Below are positions 18,494 to 27,035 of a stretch of 39,071 nucleotides of DNA, piece after piece. Under the pieces are notes generated by a model. That model was not told where the DNA came from. It ran no database searches and saw nothing but the letters and a program-made list of their open reading frames with translations. The DNA comes from Candidatus Terrybacteria bacterium (lineage in GTDB: Bacteria; Patescibacteriota; Minisyncoccia; UBA9983). Location of the stretch: positions 1-39,071 of the forward strand of contig JACQXW010000006.1 of NCBI GenBank assembly GCA_016208535.1, given 5' to 3'. The position numbers and the translations under genes were made by a program. Position 1 is the stretch's first letter, and every line of letters begins with the position of its first letter.

Positions 18494-20643
18494 TACCCAT
18501 TTTCTTTTGCCCATTTTGCGACCGGCCATTCCCAAAGCGAAAATTGGGAATCATGTTCCGGATTTTGCGGCTGGGGACCAAGAGGGTTATCTTTGTTCAG
18601 CCAATAGAGAATTTCGTGGATTTGAGGGGTGTCAGCCAAAGGCTGACCAGCCTCGGGCTGGGTGGTTGAAGTTGAGGTTGCCTGTGCCAGCCAGTCTCCT
18701 GCCAAAATCGGCTTTGGTTCAGGCAGGGGAATCGGCTTTTCAAAATTTTCAACTGGCAGTTTTTTAAAAACCTCTGTCAAAAAAGCATTCCATAAGGGAG
18801 CGGCGATAAAGCCAGCCACTTTTTTCTCCATTGGCGTGTTGTCATTATTCCCAGCCCACACCCCCACAGCCAGATTTGGCGTATAGCCCATTACCCAGGC
18901 GTCGCGGTAATTGTTGGTGGTGCCGGTTTTCACCGCCACTGGCCGGTCTGAAAAATAAAGCCAGGACATCTGCCCAAATGCCGGCGCCCTTGCCTCATTA
19001 TCAGTGAGAATATCGGAAATCAAAAGGCTGATGTTTTTATCAATAACCTGCTGGGGAGAGGAGGCAAATTTTTCCAAAGTTTTTCCGTTTCTGTCCTCAA
19101 TTTTTAAAATGCCGGTCACAGGATTTCTCGCCCCGTTATTGGCAAAGACCGCATAGGCGCCGGTTAATTCTAAAGGAGTGACTTCGCCTCCGCCCAAGAC
19201 TAAAGTGAGGCCGTACCTGTCAGGGTCGGTTAAAGAGGTGATGCCCATGTCTCTAGTGGTTTGTAGAGAATCTCTTAGCCCGGCCAGATAAAGAACTTTT
19301 ACTGAGGGGATGTTGATGGATTGGGCCAGGGCATTGCGCAAACTAACCGGGCCGCGAGTTAGGTTGTCATAATTCTCCGGCATATAGCAATCTTCCGGTT
19401 TTACGCCTGGTTGGGGAGTGCCGTCAGGATTGCAAGAGGCGTTGAATTCTGTCAGCAGATCAAAAACAACAGTATTGGGTGTGTATCCTTTTTTAAAGGC
19501 AGTGGCATAGACAAAGGGCTTGATACTGGAACCGGGCTGGCGGTGCGCCAAGGTGATATTAAAATTTCCCTCTTCCTCCACATTAAAATAATTTTTTGAG
19601 CCGACCATGGCAAGAATCTGGCCGGTTTTTGGGTCAATGGCCACCAAACCGGCGTTTGAGGCGTTGAATTTTTCCTTGTTCTCCTTGGCGAATTTTAGCA
19701 CCAGTTCTTCCGCTATTTGTTGGAGATTATAATCCAAGGAGGTGGCAACTCTAAGCCCGTCTTCCTCTATCGCGTCTTTGCCGTATTTTTTCTCCAGATA
19801 AGACCTGATAAAGATTGAGAAATGAGGGGCCTTGAGAGAATTGTCAGCCTTGCTGACAAATTTAACTTTTTCTTTTTTTGCCTTTTCTGCTTCTTCTTGC
19901 GCGACAAATCCCAATTCAGCCATTCTGCTTAAAACCAAATTTTTCCGCTCCTCAAGTTCGTTCCGATGTTCTCCATAGGGAGAGTAATAAGTCGGCGCCT
20001 TGGCTAGGCTGGCAAGATAGGCGGATTCTACCAAAGTCAGCTGACGGGCCGGTTTGTTGAAAAAATTCTGACTGGCCGCCTCAATGCCGTAACTGCTGCC
20101 GCCATAGGGGATTTCATTCAAGTAAAGATTTAAAATTTCCTCTTTGGGAAGCATTTTTTCTATTTTGACAGCCAAGATGAGTTCTTTTATTTTTCTTTCA
20201 ATACTTTTCTCTCTGGTGAAAAACGTGTTTTTGACCAATTGCTGGGTGATGGTGGAGCCGCCCTGTTTTGCGCTGCCGGTGATGAAATCAACAAAGAGGG
20301 CGCGCATTATTGCTCGCAGATCAACTCCCTTGTGCTGGTAAAAAGAGGAATCTTCAATGGCCACGGTGGCGTTTTTGATGTGCCTGGAGATTTGGTCAAA
20401 AGGCGCCACTGTGCGCTGGATGTTTTGATGGATGTCCCATAATAAAATTTTTCCGGTGCGGTCATAGATTTTCGTGGATTCAATCACCTTTCGCTCATTG
20501 AAAGATTGGAGGTCGGGAATTTTCAGATTGCTTGCCCATGTGGCAATAATAAGCGTTCCCAAAGCCACCCCTGCCACGCAAAGCGCCGTCAGGCTGTAAA
20601 AAATCCGAGCAGTCCGCCAACCGGCGGATTTTCTTTTTCTCAT
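18490..20643 (-). CDS. Class A penicillin-binding protein (transglycosylase/transpeptidase)
   Basis: EDSSF, GGSTITQQLVKN, RQPGSSIK, SIN, KTGT. Confidence 0.95.
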   Translation of the reverse strand: MRKRKSAGWRTARIFYSLTALCVAGVALGTLIIATWASNLKIPDLQSFNERKVIESTKIYDRTGKILLWDIHQNIQRTVAPFDQISRHIKNATVAIEDSSFYQHKGVDLRAIMRALFVDFITGSAKQGGSTITQQLVKNTFFTREKSIERKIKELILAVKIEKMLPKEEILNLYLNEIPYGGSSYGIEAASQNFFNKPARQLTLVESAYLASLAKAPTYYSPYGEHRNELEERKNLVLSRMAELGFVAQEEAEKAKKEKVKFVSKADNSLKAPHFSIFIRSYLEKKYGKDAIEEDGLRVATSLDYNLQQIAEELVLKFAKENKEKFNASNAGLVAIDPKTGQILAMVGSKNYFNVEEEGNFNITLAHRQPGSSIKPFVYATAFKKGYTPNTVVFDLLTEFNASCNPDGTPQPGVKPEDCYMPENYDNLTRGPVSLRNALAQSINIPSVKVLYLAGLRDSLQTTRDMGITSLTDPDRYGLTLVLGGGEVTPLELTGAYAVFANNGARNPVTGILKIEDRNGKTLEKFASSPQQVIDKNISLLISDILTDNEARAPAFGQMSWLYFSDRPVAVKTGTTNNYRDAWVMGYTPNLAVGVWAGNNDNTPMEKKVAGFIAAPLWNAFLTEVFKKLPVENFEKPIPLPEPKPILAGDWLAQATSTSTTQPEAGQPLADTPQIHEILYWLNKDNPLGPQPQNPEHDSQFSLWEWPVAKWAKENGY

Positions 20644-20669
20644 GCGTTAGATTATGCTATGATTTTATT

Positions 20670-21815
20670 ATGGATGCAATAGAAAAATTATTAACTCGCG
20701 GGGTAGAGGAGGTGATGGAGAGAGAGCATTTGGAGAGGCGGTTGCGGGCCGGCGAAAAATTAAGAATCAAGCATGGCGCTGACCCGACGGCGCCGGATTT
20801 GCATCTTGGCCACGCGGTGGTGATGCGCAAACTGAAGGAGCTTCAAGACCTCGGCCATAAAATAATTTTTATCATTGGCGATTTTACCGCCAAAATAGGC
20901 GACCCGTCCGGAAGAGCAATAACCCGGCCGGTTCTTTCCGATAAAGAAATAAAAAACAACGCCAAGACTTATTTCCAGCAGGTCGGAAAAATTTTAAACA
21001 TTAAAAAAACGGAAATACATTACAATGGCGAGTGGTTTGCCAAAGAGGGATGGAAAGAGGTTTTGGAACTGACGGAAAAGTTCTCCTTGCACAGGATTTT
21101 GGAGCGCGACGATTTTGAGAGGCGCATTGAATCAGGGACGGAGTTTTCCGTTTCGGAAATTTTATATCCCGTAATGCAGGCGTATGATTCCGTGAAAATA
21201 AAAGCGGACGTTGAAATCGGCGGCACAGACCAGAAGTTCAATATGCTGGCAGGCCGGGCGCTGCAGAGAAGAGTCGGCATGGCTGAGCAAGATATCATTA
21301 CGGTTCCGCTTCTAAGGGGTATTGATGGCGTTAAAAAAATGTCAAAATCAGTTGGCAATTACATCGGCATTACCGAGGCGCCAGATTCGCAATACGGCAA
21401 GATTATGTCCATTCCGGATAAATTGCTTCCGGAATATTTTGAACTGCTTACAGATTTGGTTTTTGATAAAAATGAAAATCCGCGCGATGCCAAAATGAGG
21501 TTGGCTTATGAAATCATAAAAATGTTTCATTCTGAAAAAGAGGCGAAAAGGGCGCAGGAGAATTTTATAAAAATTTTTCAAAAAAAAGAAATTCCCGAAG
21601 AAATTGAGGAGATAAGAGTGAGACAGGGAGAGGAACTGGGAGAGGTATTGGTAAAAAATAAAGTTGTTTCCTCAAAGAGCGAATTCCGCCGGCTGGTGGG
21701 AGAAAGGGCTATAGATGCAGATGCCAGAGTGATTAATGACCCCCGTTTTAAAATAGAAAAAGAAATCGTGGCAAAAATAGGCAAAAAGAAATTCATAAAA
21801 ATTGTTCCAAAATAA
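20670..21815 (+). CDS. tyrS: Tyrosine--tRNA ligase
   Basis: DPTAPDLHLGH, QAYD, GGTDQ, KMSKS. Confidence 0.97.
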   Translation: MDAIEKLLTRGVEEVMEREHLERRLRAGEKLRIKHGADPTAPDLHLGHAVVMRKLKELQDLGHKIIFIIGDFTAKIGDPSGRAITRPVLSDKEIKNNAKTYFQQVGKILNIKKTEIHYNGEWFAKEGWKEVLELTEKFSLHRILERDDFERRIESGTEFSVSEILYPVMQAYDSVKIKADVEIGGTDQKFNMLAGRALQRRVGMAEQDIITVPLLRGIDGVKKMSKSVGNYIGITEAPDSQYGKIMSIPDKLLPEYFELLTDLVFDKNENPRDAKMRLAYEIIKMFHSEKEAKRAQENFIKIFQKKEIPEEIEEIRVRQGEELGEVLVKNKVVSSKSEFRRLVGERAIDADARVINDPRFKIEKEIVAKIGKKKFIKIVPK

Positions 21816-21848
21816 AACCCCTTCGCTCGCGAGCGAAGGGGTTTTATT
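21811..21848. terminator. Perfect 38-bp palindrome, bidirectional terminator
   Basis: AATAAAACCCCTTCGCTCG|CGAGCGAAGGGGTTTTATT between convergent genes. Confidence 0.85.
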
Positions 21849-21850
21849 AA

Positions 21851-21991
21851 TCAATATTCTTCTGTTTCTTCTTTTTCGTCATCCTCATCAATTGGCGTTG
21901 GCGAAGGAATATCTGTGTCATCATCGCCTAAATCTAATTCCTCTTCTTTACTAAGATCATCGTCTTCGTATAAATAAAGATCGTCTTTCAT
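21851..21991 (-). CDS. Highly acidic microprotein (46 aa)
   Basis: Manual translation MKDDLYLYEDDDLSKEEELDLGDDDTDIPSPTPIDEDDEKEETEEY; 23 of 46 residues D/E. Confidence 0.65.
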   Translation of the reverse strand: MKDDLYLYEDDDLSKEEELDLGDDDTDIPSPTPIDEDDEKEETEEY

Positions 21992-22073
21992 ATTGGAAAT
22001 GGTTTTAATAAAAATACGACCGTTTTTTAATTAATTTACTTTTTATCAAGAAAAAAATGGTTTGTAAAGCGGA

Positions 22074-22577
22074 TTAAAAATTCCTGTGGATAACTGAGAT
22101 AGAGCAAGTTAGGGCGCAGGCAATGGCATCAATTTCGTCATCGTATTTAGGGGCTTTTTTAAGATTCAAGATGGCAATAGCCATTTTTTGCACCTGTGTT
22201 TTTTCTGCCCTGCCATACCCGGTCATTGCCATTTTTATCTCCAGGGGCGTGAATTCCAACACAGGAATTTTTGCCTTAGCCGCAAGATATAAAATCATGC
22301 CCTTGGCCTCTGCCACTCCGATGATAGTCTTCTGGTTTTTAAAGAAAAATAATTTTTCAACGGCAATTACATTTGGCTTGTGTTTTTTTATTATTTTTTC
22401 CAGTTTTTCTCCGAGCGCTAACAGCCGCTTTTCGTGCGCAAGTTTTTTGTCGGTTGTAACACAAGTAGAATATAGTAAGGTTTCTCGCCTCTTCGGCGAG
22501 TCAGCCGAAGAGGCTGATTTCTCCAAAACCGCGCATCCCATTCTTCCAAATCCAGGATCAATGCCCAATATAATCAT
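22074..22577 (-). CDS. ruvC: Holliday junction resolvase RuvC
   Basis: ILGIDPG, AVEKLFF, GYGRAEK, DDEIDAIA; likely start 22577. Confidence 0.95.
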   Translation of the reverse strand: MIILGIDPGFGRMGCAVLEKSASSADSPKRRETLLYSTCVTTDKKLAHEKRLLALGEKLEKIIKKHKPNVIAVEKLFFFKNQKTIIGVAEAKGMILYLAAKAKIPVLEFTPLEIKMAMTGYGRAEKTQVQKMAIAILNLKKAPKYDDEIDAIACALTCSISVIHRNF

Positions 22578-22580
22578 AAT

Positions 22581-22670
22581 TTTCAATTTTCAATTTACAA
22601 TTTTCAAACAATAATTGAAAATTGATTCATTGAAAATTCATTGTAAATTGATAATTGATCATTGGAAATT
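22581..22670. repeat. Inverted pair of degenerate heptamer arrays
   Basis: (TTTCAAT)n left arm, (ATTGAAA)n right arm between yebC and ruvC. Confidence 0.8.
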
Positions 22671-22671
22671 T

Positions 22672-23205
22672 TTATTCAGAATTTGTGTAAATTTCTTGTA
22701 TATCATCATGGTCATCAAGTTCATTTAAAAGTTTATCCAGCGCTTCGGCGTCTTGCTCACTTAATTCAATGGTGTGTTTTGGCAGCCATTTTTTATCTTT
22801 GTTTTCAAACGCCCAGAGAACAGACCCGCTTTCCGCCAGTTTGGAATTGTTTTTTAATAAGATATGTTTTATTTCCGCCACAGTGCGGTTTTTATTGTCT
22901 GTAATTCCCTCTATAATAATTGCCGTTCCGCCAGGTCCGTAAGCTTCAAAGCGAATACTTTCTAATTCTGTTCCCTTTTCCTTGCCAGCACCTTTTTTTA
23001 TTGCCCGCTCAATATTATCACTCGGCATACTGGCTTCTTTTGCCTTTTCAATGACAGCGCGAAGATCTGGATTTATTTCTGGATTTTCTCCCTTGCGCGC
23101 CGCAAGAGAAATTCTTCTGGAAATTTTTCCAAAAATCTGGCTTCGCTTGGCATCAGCCGCGCCTTTCTGCCTTTTGATTTGAGACCATTTAGAATGTCCG
23201 GCCAT
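22672..23205 (-). CDS. yebC: YebC/PmpR family protein (short form)
   Basis: MAGHSKW, EAYGPGG, TDNKNRT, DDHDDIQEIYTN. Confidence 0.95.
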   Translation of the reverse strand: MAGHSKWSQIKRQKGAADAKRSQIFGKISRRISLAARKGENPEINPDLRAVIEKAKEASMPSDNIERAIKKGAGKEKGTELESIRFEAYGPGGTAIIIEGITDNKNRTVAEIKHILLKNNSKLAESGSVLWAFENKDKKWLPKHTIELSEQDAEALDKLLNELDDHDDIQEIYTNSE

Positions 23206-23243
23206 TCCATTAGAATAAAGAATTAAGAATTAAGAAGCAAGAA

Positions 23244-24251
23244 TTACATCAGCGGTTTTTGCGGCGGTTTTTTGCCGAGGTGGGTGTAGGCGTGAGGGGT
23301 GGCCACGCGGCCGCGGGAAGTGCGCTCAATAAATCCGAGTTGGATGAGATACGGTTCATAAACTTCTTCAATGGTTGCCTCGTCCTCAGAGAGAGCGGCA
23401 GAAAGGGTCTGTAAACCCACTGGCCCACCGCTGAATTTTTCTATGATATTTTTCAGAAGCTGGCGGTCGTGGGCTGTTAGTCCGGCTTCGTCAATTTCTA
23501 AAAGCTCCATTGCCTTTACGGCAGCTTCAATATCAATCAGCGATTGGTTGTGAATCTGGGCGTAATCCCGGCTTCTCTTCAGAAGGTTATTGGCAATGCG
23601 CGGAGTGAATCTGCTTCTTTTGGCGATTTTCTCAGCCGCCTCGTTTTCAATTTCGGTGTTGAGAATTGCGGCAGAACGCAGAATTATTTTTTTAATTTCT
23701 TCATGATTGTAAAAATCCAAACGAAAGGTGCCGCCGGAAAATCTGGAGCGCAGGGGGGAGGAGAGCAGGGCGATTCTGGTGGTGGCGGCAATCAGGGTGA
23801 AACTAGGAAGTTCCAATTGAATGCTTCTTGCCGAAGGTCCCTTGCCGATGATAATATCAAGAGAGCGCGACTCCATTGCCGGATAAAGAATTTCCTCAAC
23901 CATCTTGTTCAAGCGGTGAGCCTCGTCAATAAAAAGAATGTCGCCCGGCGAGAGATTGGTTAAAATGGAAGCCAGGTCACCCACCCTTTCAATGGCCGGG
24001 CCAGAGGTGACCTTGATTTGCCTGTTCATCTCTTTTGCGATAAGATAGGCAAGTGTGGTTTTGCCCAAGCCAGCCGGACCGTAAAAAAGAAGATGCTCAA
24101 CCGGCTCGTTTCTTTCTGCAGCCGCATCAATCAGGATTTTTAAATTCCTTTTTATCAATTCCTGGCCGATATATTCGTCCCATTTTTGGGGCCGCAGGGT
24201 CTGGTCAAGAATTTTATCCTCCCTTATAAGATTATTTTTAGGTCTTGACAT
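23244..24251 (-). CDS. ruvB: Holliday junction branch migration ATPase RuvB
   Basis: LRPQ..EYIGQ, GPAGLGKTT, FIDEAHRL, ERTSRGR. Confidence 0.97.
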   Translation of the reverse strand: MSRPKNNLIREDKILDQTLRPQKWDEYIGQELIKRNLKILIDAAAERNEPVEHLLFYGPAGLGKTTLAYLIAKEMNRQIKVTSGPAIERVGDLASILTNLSPGDILFIDEAHRLNKMVEEILYPAMESRSLDIIIGKGPSARSIQLELPSFTLIAATTRIALLSSPLRSRFSGGTFRLDFYNHEEIKKIILRSAAILNTEIENEAAEKIAKRSRFTPRIANNLLKRSRDYAQIHNQSLIDIEAAVKAMELLEIDEAGLTAHDRQLLKNIIEKFSGGPVGLQTLSAALSEDEATIEEVYEPYLIQLGFIERTSRGRVATPHAYTHLGKKPPQKPLM

Positions 24252-24287
24252 TTTTATTAAAATTTGTTATTTTTAGATTGAATTCTA

Positions 24288-24450
24288 TCCGGTTCATAAA
24301 TTTCCAAACAACAGAGCTAATCGCTTAATCAGATTTCTTTAAAGGACGTTTTGGTCCCGAGCTTGTCGAGGGAACTGAAACTATCCTAAAAAGAAATTCA
24401 AACTTTTGGCACCCCTGTCAAAAGTGTTGTTTGGAAATTTCTGCACCGGA
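24288..24450. mobile_element. 163-bp MITE-like element with 26-bp imperfect terminal inverted repeats
   Basis: TCCGGTTCATAAATTTCCAAACAACA ... TGTTGTTTGGAAATTTCTGCACCGGA (2 mismatches). Confidence 0.7.
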
Positions 24451-24486
24451 AAACTAATTTTCAATTTTTAAATTACTAGCCACTAA

Positions 24487-26151
24487 TTACAACTCTACCA
24501 CTCTCCTTAATTCATCAAGACTGGTTACTCCATTCAGGGCTTTTAAAATCCCGTCCTGCTGCATATTTAAAATATTTTGGCCCTTGCTGGCCCCCCAAAT
24601 TTTGCTCTCAGTGGGTTTTTCCATGGCAACTTTCTCAATATTTTCATCCATTAGAATGGCCTCATAGATGCCGATTCTGCCTTTGTAGCCGATGTTGTTG
24701 CATTCTGAACATCCTTTTGCCTTCCACAAAAAAGAAACTGTTGGCTGTTCGTAATCCAACGGCAGTGTTTTGATAATTTTTTCAACAGTTTCTTTCTCTT
24801 CAGAAACGGGTTCGTATTTTTCTTTGCACTTGTTGCATAATTTTCTCACCAGACGCTGGGCCATGGAAACATTCAGGGCTGAGACAAGATTGCCTGTTGT
24901 CACTCCCAGATCAAGGAACCGGGGGATGGTGCCAGCCGCATTATTGGTATGAAGAGTGGAGAGAACCAGGTGGCCGGTGAGGGCGGCGTTGATGGCGATT
25001 TGCGCGGTTTCCAAATCCCTGATCTCGCCTACCATGATGACATCGGGGTCCTGCCGGAGGATGGCCCTCAATCCATTGGCAAAGGTGTATCCCTTTTCCG
25101 GCTCAATCTGAGTTTGGATTATTCCTGTGAGATGGTATTCCACGGGATTTTCCAGAGTGATGATTTTTATTTCCGGATTGTAAATTTTTTTGAGAAAGGC
25201 GTAGAGAGTGGTGGTTTTTCCGGAGCCAGTGGGCCCGGTGGTGAGAATCATGCCGTTCGGCTTCCCGATTTCCTTTGCCAGTTTTTCAAAAAGATTTTTT
25301 TCAATGCCAAGTTCTTCAAAGGACACTGAGATCGATTTCGGGTTAAGAATTCTCATGACAATCGATTCTCCGTAATTTTCAGGAATGACAGAAACGCGCA
25401 CCTCCACTTCTGTCTCCTTGATATGGATGCTGAAGCGGCCGTCCTGAGCCTGGTCATGAATATTGAGTTTTAGACCGGAAACAAGTTTTATCCGCGAGAG
25501 AAAAAGATTGTACATTTTTTTGTCAAAAAAGGTAATGTCATGGAGAACTCCGTCTAGGCGGAAACGCAGACGAACCTCGTTTTCCTGAGGTTCAATATGG
25601 ATGTCCGAGGCGTCAGCGCTCACTGCTCCGGCCAAGACAATTTCCAAAATTTCGGATATTTTTCTGGTTTTTTGGGTGCTGATGGCGGTGGAAAAGAGAT
25701 TTTTCAAATCCTCAATGGTTTTAATCTGGGCTATAAACTCCTCCATTTTTTGGGCAGAGACATCAATGATACCTTTGGAAATTTCAACATACTCAGGCAC
25801 CTCGGCATATCTTTTCCATGCCCGTTGGAGACTTGTTTCTGAAACTAAATAAATCTCCATTTTAAAATTCCTACTCTCAAGGTCTTTGAGGAGATTGCGG
25901 GTGGTTTCGAGATTCGGGCTCTGGATGGCTATCAGGAGTTTTTTGCCGGTTTTTTGGAAGGCAACCAATTTTGCCTCTCTGGCTTTTTCTTCCGGCACCA
26001 GTCTCAGGGTATCAAGATCAATGGTTACTCTGGAGAGATCAAGATAAGGCAGGTTATATTTTTGAGCGAGAATCTGCGTCAGGTCCTCCGCCTCTTTTTC
26101 GCGCATCTCTTTTATTTTTCCTGAATCTTTTTCACTAGCGAATTTGATCAT
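24487..26151 (-). CDS. Type IV pilus assembly ATPase PilB/GspE family
   Basis: ASDIHIEP, GPTGSGKTT, LRQDPD, TGHLVLSTLH, CxxC pairs. Confidence 0.95.
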   Translation of the reverse strand: MIKFASEKDSGKIKEMREKEAEDLTQILAQKYNLPYLDLSRVTIDLDTLRLVPEEKAREAKLVAFQKTGKKLLIAIQSPNLETTRNLLKDLESRNFKMEIYLVSETSLQRAWKRYAEVPEYVEISKGIIDVSAQKMEEFIAQIKTIEDLKNLFSTAISTQKTRKISEILEIVLAGAVSADASDIHIEPQENEVRLRFRLDGVLHDITFFDKKMYNLFLSRIKLVSGLKLNIHDQAQDGRFSIHIKETEVEVRVSVIPENYGESIVMRILNPKSISVSFEELGIEKNLFEKLAKEIGKPNGMILTTGPTGSGKTTTLYAFLKKIYNPEIKIITLENPVEYHLTGIIQTQIEPEKGYTFANGLRAILRQDPDVIMVGEIRDLETAQIAINAALTGHLVLSTLHTNNAAGTIPRFLDLGVTTGNLVSALNVSMAQRLVRKLCNKCKEKYEPVSEEKETVEKIIKTLPLDYEQPTVSFLWKAKGCSECNNIGYKGRIGIYEAILMDENIEKVAMEKPTESKIWGASKGQNILNMQQDGILKALNGVTSLDELRRVVEL

Positions 26152-26168
26152 TGATTTATATTTATTTT

Positions 26169-26231
26169 ATCCCGTTAGAAATTTTTTGTAAACATCTTTA
26201 ATCTAAAATAATCACATATTTCTAACGGGAT
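26169..26231. repeat. Second CCCGTTAGA...TCTAACGGG mini-element (intergenic)
   Basis: ATCCCGTTAGAAAT ... ATTTCTAACGGGAT, 14-bp perfect inverted ends, unrelated AT-rich interior. Confidence 0.8.
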
Positions 26232-26238
26232 TACATAA

Positions 26239-26751
26239 TTAAAGCGCTTCTTTCAAGATTTGCTGGATTTTTATTTCCGCCTCAGTAAAATTTTTGTAAG
26301 GGCCCGAGGTTTTAATTTCATCGTCTTTGAGCACGGCTCCGAATACGACATCGTTTTTTTGCCACAGAATTACGGCGATTGGCTGGGAGAGAATAATATT
26401 TTTTATGTTTCTGATTATTTGAAAAAAAAGAGAATCGCCAGCGTCTTTATTGTTTGTTTTTTCAAGGTCTTCTTTGGAGATGAATGTCCAGATGCTTTGC
26501 AGGGGCTTGTTGACGCGGGTGCGGGCAAGGGCCCTTCCAAAGAGCTGGCTGAAAGAGAGATTTTGGCCTGTTTTAATAATTTCAAAAAGGTCGTGGTAAT
26601 CAATGTTGATGATAAAAAAATCCTCTTCGTCTTCATAGTTGATTTCTTTGATTTTAAAACGGTCCTTGGGAATGCGGATGGAGGCGCGATGCAGAATGAT
26701 GAATTCCTCAAAGTTTTTGTCAGAATCTTCCATTACCTTTATTCCTCGCAT
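26239..26751 (-). CDS. Hypothetical protein, possibly a degenerate DHH-family remnant
   Basis: 170-aa ORF co-oriented with pilB; INIDYH and LFGRALAR segments recall DHH/NrnA-like proteins but the catalytic core is not visible. Confidence 0.6.
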   Translation of the reverse strand: MRGIKVMEDSDKNFEEFIILHRASIRIPKDRFKIKEINYEDEEDFFIINIDYHDLFEIIKTGQNLSFSQLFGRALARTRVNKPLQSIWTFISKEDLEKTNNKDAGDSLFFQIIRNIKNIILSQPIAVILWQKNDVVFGAVLKDDEIKTSGPYKNFTEAEIKIQQILKEAL

Positions 26752-26772
26752 TTTTAGAGGACAGCCGCAATA

Positions 26773-26800
26773 TTGACAATTATTTTGTTAGTGATATAAT
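26773..26800 (+). promoter_or_regulatory. Sigma70-type promoter
   Basis: TTGACA-16 nt-TATAAT with TGn extension; AGGAGG RBS at 26821. Confidence 0.75.
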
Positions 26801-26830
26801 TTAGATAGATTATCTAAAAAAGGAGGGAGT

Positions 26831-26965
26831 ATGTTGAAAGAATACTTTGAGTTCGTTGATAAATTGCCGCCTGAATACGATTTGGCGGTAATAGGTGTAG
26901 GAACTTTAGTTTTGATAATTTTGTACATAATAAATAAAAAACTAGAAAAAAGAAAAAGGAGATGA
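26831..26965 (+). CDS. Single-TM microprotein (44 aa)
   Basis: MLKEYFEFVDKLPPEYDLAVIGVGTLVLIILYIINKKLEKRKRR with consensus promoter and RBS. Confidence 0.75.
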   Translation: MLKEYFEFVDKLPPEYDLAVIGVGTLVLIILYIINKKLEKRKRR

Positions 26966-27035
26966 GATTGTAATGGGTGACAGTAGAAATAATGTCGCCC
27001 TTTTTCTTTACAGGCGCAAATGCTATCTTTAGGTA

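Noticed and set aside
22085-22093. Perfect DnaA box (TGTGGATAA) at the end of ruvC as a second origin
   Set aside because: Single isolated box inside a CDS; may be regulatory or chance.
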